Part shown: piece by piece, positions 57,579-64,000 of the stretch
Position numbering within the stretch: the first letter of the stretch is position 1
Layout: every line of letters starts with the position of its first letter
From: Candidatus Cloacimonadales bacterium
Lineage (GTDB): Bacteria > Cloacimonadota > Cloacimonadia > Cloacimonadales > JAIOQZ01
DNA: 64,000 nt
Assembly (NCBI GenBank): GCA_963674825.1
Contig: OY771587.1
Span: 1,216,001-1,280,000 of the forward strand
Reading direction: 5' to 3'
Position numbers and translations under genes: made by a program
Notes under the pieces: generated by a model
Database searches by the model: none
The model's input: only the letters and a program-made list of their open reading frames with translations
What the model was told of the DNA's origin: nothing

Positions 57579-58324
57579 AAATCCGAATACTCGGTTCTGC
57601 TCCGGGCATTCCGGTTCCTGGAAAAAACCACTCAGCACTGTGGTTTTATACACACGGAAAAAACATCCTGATCGACTGCGGTGAAGGTATCTCTCATCAA
57701 TTGATGAAATACGAACTCGATGGCGATGTCATCGACTATATCATTATATCCCACTATCACCCCGACCACGTCAGTGGATTCTTTATGCTGATCCAAATGA
57801 TGTACCTGCAACAGCGCGTGAAGAATCTGACCGTGTTCCTCCCTGAGCGCGTCAAAGATTTCATCGATGCCATGCATATGTTCTATACAATCCCGGAGAA
57901 GTTCCACTTCAGCATATTCTTCAAGCCGATGGAAGAGCTGACAGAAACCCTCCCCTTCATCACGCCGGTGGAATCCGATCACCTGCAGAGCTATTCTTCA
58001 GTGATTCGCAGTAACCATCTCGCAAATGAGATGAAAAGCTATTCATTTGTACTGGAAGAAGAAGAGATCGAGTACGATAAAAAAGTAATCTACACCTCTG
58101 ACATCCAGCGACTCGAAACGCTGGGCAACCATCTGGTGGAAACCAATATCCTGATCGTGGATGCCCTGCATCCAAAGGCCGAAAATATATACTCGCTCTG
58201 TGAAGATGAAATCGAACGCGTAATTTTAACACACGGGATCTCGCAAGACTTGCAGAAGATGCTGAAATCACGCGATAAATGTGTATTTGAGATAGCTGAT
58301 GAAAATATGGAAATTATTCTATAA
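57575..58324 (+). CDS. RNase Z-like metallo-beta-lactamase-fold hydrolase
   Basis: ILGSAPG.P, LIDCGEG, SHYHPDH, YTSD, LTH. Confidence 0.75.
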   Translation: MKIRILGSAPGIPVPGKNHSALWFYTHGKNILIDCGEGISHQLMKYELDGDVIDYIIISHYHPDHVSGFFMLIQMMYLQQRVKNLTVFLPERVKDFIDAMHMFYTIPEKFHFSIFFKPMEELTETLPFITPVESDHLQSYSSVIRSNHLANEMKSYSFVLEEEEIEYDKKVIYTSDIQRLETLGNHLVETNILIVDALHPKAENIYSLCEDEIERVILTHGISQDLQKMLKSRDKCVFEIADENMEIIL

Positions 58325-59711
58325 CCCGATTTTAGTTTCAACCCTCGTTGTGCTGACCCTTGCCGGCTGTACATCGAACTATTCGATCGCCCAGAGCCTC
58401 CAGGCTCGCGGAAGATACGCAGCGGCGGTCGAACGATATGACGACTTCATTCGCATCGCGAAAAACGGTGCGAAATCCACCGAAGCCGAACTGGCTCGCT
58501 CGGAATGCTATTATCAGCTTGGAATGAAGTCATTCACGACAGATAAATGGAAACTCGCCATACGGTTTTTCTTCCTGGCGAATTCCGACAAAGCCGATGA
58601 GGTCATGGACAACTGTTACTTCAACCTCGCACAGGCAGCGTATGACAGGAAAGACTTCGATATCACACTCTCCTATTATACCATGATTGTTGATAACCTG
58701 CCGACTTCGGAACTGATCCCCGAAATCCTTCACAATCGAATCCAGATTTTCATGGATCTCAAGGGGGACGATGTATCGGCATGGGCAAATTACGAGCTAC
58801 TCAACAAGAACTACCCCAATAGCGAATTCATTGCCAGTTCCCAGCCATACATCGATCGGTTCATGAACCGGTATATTGACAATGCAGTTGAGCTGCAATA
58901 CACTGAAGGTTATCGCGTCGCGCTGGAAAGGCTGTTCTACCTGGAGCAATATCCCTCATCCTTCAAGGATCGTATCTATCTCGAGCTTAGTGAACTTTAT
59001 TGGAAGCTGGCCGAAGACCTTGTTGACAAGGGTGAATACGTACAGGCGGAAGAAACCTATCGCTTTGCGATTGAATTTGATCCCACCAAAGAAGAGATGG
59101 TCAATGGCCGTCTCCGAGAAATATGCACCAAGTTCATGGAAGAGGGCGACAATCTGCTGAAAGATCGACAGATCGATCAAGCGATTATAATGTTCGGGCA
59201 CTGCTTCAATATCATCAAGGATTATGAACCAGCCGCGATCGCTATTTCCGAGGCGAATATTCTGAAACAGAAGATTCTCGAGGCATCCCGCCTCAATCTC
59301 GAAGCGCAGGAAGCTGAAAAGAAAGAACAATGGGCAACCGCACTGCAGCTCTATCGTCGGGCTTACAAACTCGACGCACTTCAGGCCTATAAGGACAAGG
59401 CATTTCTGATGTCCAATATGGTCGAGATTGAAAAAGACCCGATCGCCTTTGCCCGGCGCATCGTCAATAACTACCGCAATGGCCTTATAATCCGACGCGT
59501 CAGCCAGCTTGAACAGGAACAGACATTGCAATATGGCGACCTGGTGAGTGTTACCAACTGGCAATATTCCCGTTCCATCGGTGAAGCAAAATACGAAGTG
59601 CGGTACGAAATCACCACACCGGATAAAAGTTACTACCTCGTATGGCTGGTCAACTTGAAAGATCAGACTGTATCCCCACTTAGCAAGGTAACCGAAGAAT
59701 TGATGGATTAA
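58299..59711 (+). CDS. TPR lipoprotein
   Basis: Lipobox LAGC; TPR-like helices throughout. Confidence 0.75.
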   Translation: MKIWKLFYNPILVSTLVVLTLAGCTSNYSIAQSLQARGRYAAAVERYDDFIRIAKNGAKSTEAELARSECYYQLGMKSFTTDKWKLAIRFFFLANSDKADEVMDNCYFNLAQAAYDRKDFDITLSYYTMIVDNLPTSELIPEILHNRIQIFMDLKGDDVSAWANYELLNKNYPNSEFIASSQPYIDRFMNRYIDNAVELQYTEGYRVALERLFYLEQYPSSFKDRIYLELSELYWKLAEDLVDKGEYVQAEETYRFAIEFDPTKEEMVNGRLREICTKFMEEGDNLLKDRQIDQAIIMFGHCFNIIKDYEPAAIAISEANILKQKILEASRLNLEAQEAEKKEQWATALQLYRRAYKLDALQAYKDKAFLMSNMVEIEKDPIAFARRIVNNYRNGLIIRRVSQLEQEQTLQYGDLVSVTNWQYSRSIGEAKYEVRYEITTPDKSYYLVWLVNLKDQTVSPLSKVTEELMD

Positions 59712-59713
59712 TT

Positions 59714-60301
59714 ATGGATAGACTCATGAAACGCCTGATATTAATTATAACATGCATGTTCTCCATCCTACTGGCTCAGGATTTCGATCTGGAAAAATTC
59801 ACCGACACACAGAAATACGGATGGGAAGACTTTGAGCAACGCAATCTGGCAAAGATGGATTTACAGGAACGACAACGCCTCCTACAAATCTATCGTATGA
59901 ACAGGCTGACCACCGCCGGTAATCTAGCGAAATCCGCGATCGTTCCCGGATGGGGACACTTCGCAGCTCAAAGCTACACCAAAGGTCAGATATTACTCGG
60001 ACTGGAAGTCGTTCTTCTCGGTAGCTCGCTCTATTTTTACGATCAAGCGATGGACAGCTATGACAAATACCAGAAAGCGGACCAGATCGACGAGATGAAC
60101 CAGTATTACAACGACTCGCTTGAGCCTTATCGGTATTCGCAGGCGTTTCTGGGATTGGCAGTCATCGTATGGATTTACACACTCTATGATACGATCAACG
60201 TTACCGAAGATTACAACAGCAATCTATGGAACGATATCATCCGCGAATATAATCGACAGAATGTTATTATAACACCGACAGGCATTTCCGTGAGGTTCTG
60301 A
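59714..60301 (+). CDS. DUF5683-like membrane protein
   Basis: KSAIVPGWGH..Y.KG motif; signal peptide; C-terminal F. Confidence 0.6.
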   Translation: MDRLMKRLILIITCMFSILLAQDFDLEKFTDTQKYGWEDFEQRNLAKMDLQERQRLLQIYRMNRLTTAGNLAKSAIVPGWGHFAAQSYTKGQILLGLEVVLLGSSLYFYDQAMDSYDKYQKADQIDEMNQYYNDSLEPYRYSQAFLGLAVIVWIYTLYDTINVTEDYNSNLWNDIIREYNRQNVIITPTGISVRF

Positions 60302-60303
60302 TC

Positions 60304-60717
60304 ATGAAGAAGCTACTTCTACTCGCTGCGATTATTGCGTTAATAACGATCTCCTGCGAATTGGAGAGAAATAACCCGCTCGATCCCGATAACAACGGCG
60401 ATGTTGTCGTTCCAAGTGCGGTCGTAATCGACAATATCACCGTTTCTGGCTCCGGTTCTACCTCCAAGTGGGTACAGCTCGAGTGGTCGAGATCGGAAGA
60501 CGCGGCCTTTTATCTGATCTATCGAGCGCTGGAATACGATGGCGCTTATACGAACCTTTTCCCGGATGGAATACCCAACACATCCGATTCGACGACCTAC
60601 TACTATATTGACTCTGCCGTACATGCCGGTAACTACTACTGGTATCGCCTGGCAGGCAGAAGCAAAGAAGGCCTGATCGGGCCACTTTCTGCACCGAGAG
60701 GAATGCCAGTTGATTAA
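60304..60717 (+). CDS. FN3-like lipoprotein
   Basis: ISC-ELERNNPLDP; VQLEWS..YLIYR..YID..GNYYWYRL. Confidence 0.7.
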   Translation: MKKLLLLAAIIALITISCELERNNPLDPDNNGDVVVPSAVVIDNITVSGSGSTSKWVQLEWSRSEDAAFYLIYRALEYDGAYTNLFPDGIPNTSDSTTYYYIDSAVHAGNYYWYRLAGRSKEGLIGPLSAPRGMPVD

Positions 60718-62905
60718 AACGCTGCTGCAGGATTTAAATCCGCGTCAGCAGGAAGTAGTTCAGACAGTAGATGGACCGGTGCTCGTTCTTGCCGGCGCCG
60801 GAAGCGGGAAAACCCGATCCGTAATCTACCGTACAGCCTGGCTGATCCGCGAGAAAAGAGTCCATCCGAATCAGATACTGATCGTCACATTTACCAACAA
60901 GGCCGCTCGAGAGCTGCGCGATCGTCTCGAATCGACATTCCAGCTCCAGACACGCAACCTCTGGGTGGGAACCTTTCATAGTATTTGCAGCCGCATTCTG
61001 CGCTACGAAAGCGACAGCATGCCGTTCAATTCCAATTTTGTAATCTACGACGCCGACGACCAGAAGACGCTCGTCAAGCGCATCATGAAGCGGCTCGATA
61101 TTGATACGAAAGCTTTTCCTCCGGGTAAGGTTCACAACCTGATCAGTCGCAACAAAAACAACCTGATTCGTCCCGAGGATTTCTTTGAATTCCAGGACGA
61201 AAACGAATGGACGCGCACCTTCCACAAGATATTCGAAGCCTATACAAAGGATCTCCTGAAGAATAACGCACTCGATTTTGACGACCTGCTGCTACAAACC
61301 GCGTTTCTCTTCGACCAGAACGAGGATGTGCGACGAAAATACGCCAGCCAGTTCCGCTATATAATGATCGACGAGTATCAGGATACCAACTACGCGCAGT
61401 TCAAGCTCATCAATCTGCTGGCGAAGGATCACCAGAACCTCTGCGTTGTGGGAGACGACGACCAGGCAATCTACGGATGGCGCGGTGCGGATGTGGAAAA
61501 CATTCTGCGTTTCGAGAAGGACTACGGTTCGGTCAAGACCATCCGGCTGGAGCAGAACTATCGCTCCACACAGACTATTCTCGACCTCGCAAACTGCCTG
61601 ATTCGCAACAACGCAGACCGCCACGTTAAAGACCTCTGGAGTGATAAGGGCAAAGGTGAAACACCGAGCTTGAACATCTTCGAGGACGAACGAAAGGAAG
61701 CCCGGGCGATTGCAGATCGCGTAGATGAGATTCGCAACAAAGAAACGCTTTCAGATATCGCGGTGCTGTTCCGTACGAACGCGCAGTCACGCGTGCTGGA
61801 GCAAGAATTCGCAAAACGTCAGATCGCATACACCGTTGTCGGAGGCGTTAATTTCTTCCAGCGCAAGGAGATCAAGGACATCCTAAGCTACCTTCGCGTG
61901 CTGGTCAATCCCGACGATAGCGAAAGCCTGGTACGTATCATCAACAATCCACCGCGAAAGATCGGTAATACCACCATCGGGCGGCTGCTCGATTACGCAA
62001 TCAAGTACGAAGTGAATCTGTATCAAGCAGTACAGGAAGTGGAGCAGAATTCGCTTCTGGGCAAATCAGCCGCGCAACACGTGAAAGAATTCGCAAAGAT
62101 GATCGAAGGCTGGCGTGTGCTGGCCGAAAGCGAGCCGGTAGCGGACATGATCGAACGTGTTATAACCGAGTTGAACCTAATCGCGATTTACGAATCAACC
62201 GGAGACATCCAGGATGCGACCAGAGCCGACAACCTGAAAGAGCTCATGGCTGCTTCGCGCGATTATACCGAAGAGTTCTCCACAGAGACCGAAAATCCGC
62301 CGCTTTTGCTGGACTACCTGCAAAACGTCACGCTCCAGACCGACCTGGACACCGCGTCTGACGAACAGGGCGTCGTGCAGCTCATGACCATGCATAATGC
62401 CAAGGGGCTGGAGTTCGCGCATGTCATCATCTGTGGCATCTGCGACGGGTTGATTCCTCACCGGCTAAATCTCGATAGTGAGAAATTGCTTGAAGAGGAA
62501 CGGCGTTTGCTATATGTTGCCATTACCCGTGCGGAGCGTTCGCTGTGGTTGAGCTATAGCCGTTGGCGCAGGGAATATAACACCATCGAACCGATGATGC
62601 CAAGCCGGTTTCTGAAGGAGATGGACGAGGAATATCTGCAACTTGCAGGTTCCGATTTCTACGAGGTGAAGGCGAGTCCGACTCCCGTAACCTCTCGAAA
62701 AGATGTAAAAAAAGTGGACGTGATTCTCGAATCACAGAAATATTATAAAATAGGGCAGAAAGTCCTGCACAAGAACTTCGGCAGAGGAACGATCCTGAAC
62801 GTTGACGGCAGCGGAGAAAACGCCAAGCTGACCATTTCGTTCGAGAACGGAGCTCTGAAAAGGATTTTGGGAAACTTTGTGCAGACCGCCCCTAAGCAAA
62901 AGTGA
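60710..62905 (+). CDS. pcrA: UvrD/PcrA DNA helicase
   Basis: LAGAGSGKT, TFTNKAA, DEYQDTN, VGDDDQAIYGWRGA, LEQNYRST, TMHNAKGLEF, EERRLLYVAITRA, C-terminal Tudor-like domain. Confidence 0.96.
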   Translation: MIKTLLQDLNPRQQEVVQTVDGPVLVLAGAGSGKTRSVIYRTAWLIREKRVHPNQILIVTFTNKAARELRDRLESTFQLQTRNLWVGTFHSICSRILRYESDSMPFNSNFVIYDADDQKTLVKRIMKRLDIDTKAFPPGKVHNLISRNKNNLIRPEDFFEFQDENEWTRTFHKIFEAYTKDLLKNNALDFDDLLLQTAFLFDQNEDVRRKYASQFRYIMIDEYQDTNYAQFKLINLLAKDHQNLCVVGDDDQAIYGWRGADVENILRFEKDYGSVKTIRLEQNYRSTQTILDLANCLIRNNADRHVKDLWSDKGKGETPSLNIFEDERKEARAIADRVDEIRNKETLSDIAVLFRTNAQSRVLEQEFAKRQIAYTVVGGVNFFQRKEIKDILSYLRVLVNPDDSESLVRIINNPPRKIGNTTIGRLLDYAIKYEVNLYQAVQEVEQNSLLGKSAAQHVKEFAKMIEGWRVLAESEPVADMIERVITELNLIAIYESTGDIQDATRADNLKELMAASRDYTEEFSTETENPPLLLDYLQNVTLQTDLDTASDEQGVVQLMTMHNAKGLEFAHVIICGICDGLIPHRLNLDSEKLLEEERRLLYVAITRAERSLWLSYSRWRREYNTIEPMMPSRFLKEMDEEYLQLAGSDFYEVKASPTPVTSRKDVKKVDVILESQKYYKIGQKVLHKNFGRGTILNVDGSGENAKLTISFENGALKRILGNFVQTAPKQK

Positions 62906-62960
62906 AACGATAATTTGGCATAGACGTTTTATTGTTAACGAAACGATAACGAGGTATGCG

Positions 62961-63914
62961 ATGAATGGGTTTACCAAATGGATGCTGATCCTGTCCGTGG
63001 TTGCTATAAGCACTGTCGCCCTGCACGCGGAGAAATATGCCGGTGAGATATTCCGGATGGGTGCTGGTGTACGCAACTACGCAATGGGCGGAACCGGCCT
63101 GACCGACGTGGATTCTCCCGCGCTGGCTTACTGGAACGCGTCCCTGCTGACAAAGAAACAGAACACGCGCATCGAGCTGATGCATGCCGAAGAGCTGGGT
63201 GAATTCCAGTACGACACCATTTCGGGTGTTGTCGGAACAGAGAATCCCTTCGCGATCGTCATCTCCAGAATTGGTATCGACGATATCCCACTGACGCGGA
63301 AAGAAAACGATGGCGACACCCTCTCGGCGAACAACCAACCCTACGAATACGATAGCGTAAACAACGCTGATTATATCATCTACGCAGGGTTTGCCACACA
63401 CGTCGGAAAGATTCCGTTGGGCGTGACCCCGAAGTTCGCTTACCGACTCCTTGCCGATCATAGCGGATACGGATTCGGCGCAGATCTCTCCACCTGGTAC
63501 GAGCCAACAAGTTACCTCATGCTCGGTGCAAAGCTGCGTGACTTCTTCAGCACGCAGATATTCTGGGAAAACGGGACACATGAGATCGTCAATCCGGGAC
63601 TCGACTTCGAAACCAATCTTCACTTCACCTTCCCCTGGATCAAACGACCGGTTAGCATCATCGCGGGATTTGAATCCTACTTCGAAGGACGGGATGAGAG
63701 CGCGACCACATCGCTGGGATTCATGAGCCTCGACTACCATGCTGGGCTCGCCATCCAGGCGCACGAAGTGGTCTCACTGTTCCTCGGCTACGATGTCGAA
63801 AACGTCACCGCCGGGCTTACATTGAGCCTCCTGCCGCTCGAGCTGCACTATGCATTCGAGCAAAATACCGAGCTGGAAGATTCGCACCGCGTTTCGCTGG
63901 GTCTTCAGTTCTGA
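62961..63914 (+). CDS. PorV/PorQ-like (FadL-fold) outer-membrane protein
   Basis: KYAGEIF.MGAGVR..AMGG....YWNA; C-terminal SHRVSLGLQF. Confidence 0.7.
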   Translation: MNGFTKWMLILSVVAISTVALHAEKYAGEIFRMGAGVRNYAMGGTGLTDVDSPALAYWNASLLTKKQNTRIELMHAEELGEFQYDTISGVVGTENPFAIVISRIGIDDIPLTRKENDGDTLSANNQPYEYDSVNNADYIIYAGFATHVGKIPLGVTPKFAYRLLADHSGYGFGADLSTWYEPTSYLMLGAKLRDFFSTQIFWENGTHEIVNPGLDFETNLHFTFPWIKRPVSIIAGFESYFEGRDESATTSLGFMSLDYHAGLAIQAHEVVSLFLGYDVENVTAGLTLSLLPLELHYAFEQNTELEDSHRVSLGLQF

Positions 63915-63924
63915 TCGGAGATAC

Positions 63925-64000
63925 ATGAAGAAGAAAATCGCTATCCTCGGAGTCTCGGGCTCCATAGGAACTTCAACCATCGACGTTATTCGACATCATT
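63925..64000 (+). CDS. dxr: 1-deoxy-D-xylulose-5-phosphate reductoisomerase, N-terminus (runs off the window)
   Basis: MKKKIAILGVSGSIGTSTIDVIRHH matches the DXR NADPH-binding motif; RBS GGAG. Confidence 0.85.
   Translation, partial: MKKKIAILGVSGSIGTSTIDVIRHH

Noticed and set aside
1..64000. CRISPR array, tRNA/rRNA, transposase, integrase or prophage; recoded stop codons
   Set aside because: No regularly spaced repeats, RNA-gene signatures or mobile-element proteins were seen; recognised genes are uninterrupted under the standard code

Overview
Gene-dense bacterial chromosomal window (about 52 CDS) with canonical TTGACA-type promoters, GGAGG ribosome-binding sites and intrinsic terminators. 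Three secreted proteins end in an 'N(F/H)PNPFNP..T.ISF..IYN.RGQ.V.TL..W.G.D..GK.VSSG.YFY.L...KM.M.K' FlgD-Ig/T9SS-like sorting domain, and a PorV/PorQ-like porin is present. This points (inference) to an FCB-group anaerobe, most likely Candidatus Cloacimonadota. In order, the window holds: a phosphate-porin / lamin-tail-domain / SdiA-propeller surface operon; an sAC-like tandem-cyclase-STAND-TPR protein; a TetR-RND efflux operon; a TPR-HisKA protein with no kinase domain; an active+inactive transglutaminase (DUF3857-like) pair; an ECF sigma/anti-sigma/ZraP/Spy-like cluster; amidohydrolase-potD; P5C dehydrogenase; GLUG-repeat and other secreted proteins; a flippase-GT4-GT4-UvrC-like-purC-RR-peptidase-TPR run; a receiver/PPDK-N fusion; a transcarboxylase-type three-gene operon; a CheR-CheY-HDOD-CheX cluster with no CheA/CheB/MCP; then mltB, tyrS, S2P, wecA-like, RNase Z-like, pcrA, PorV-like and the start of dxr. 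No rRNA, tRNA, CRISPR array, prophage or transposase was recognised. The most notable non-obvious items are a candidate anti-Shine-Dalgarno sRNA / small-ORF pair at about 11960-12090, several REP-like palindrome families, a duplicated 19-bp palindromic operator at 33039/33408, a catalytically dead UvrC-like protein, and the receptor-less Che cluster. All calls are by eye from motifs; no database searches were run.
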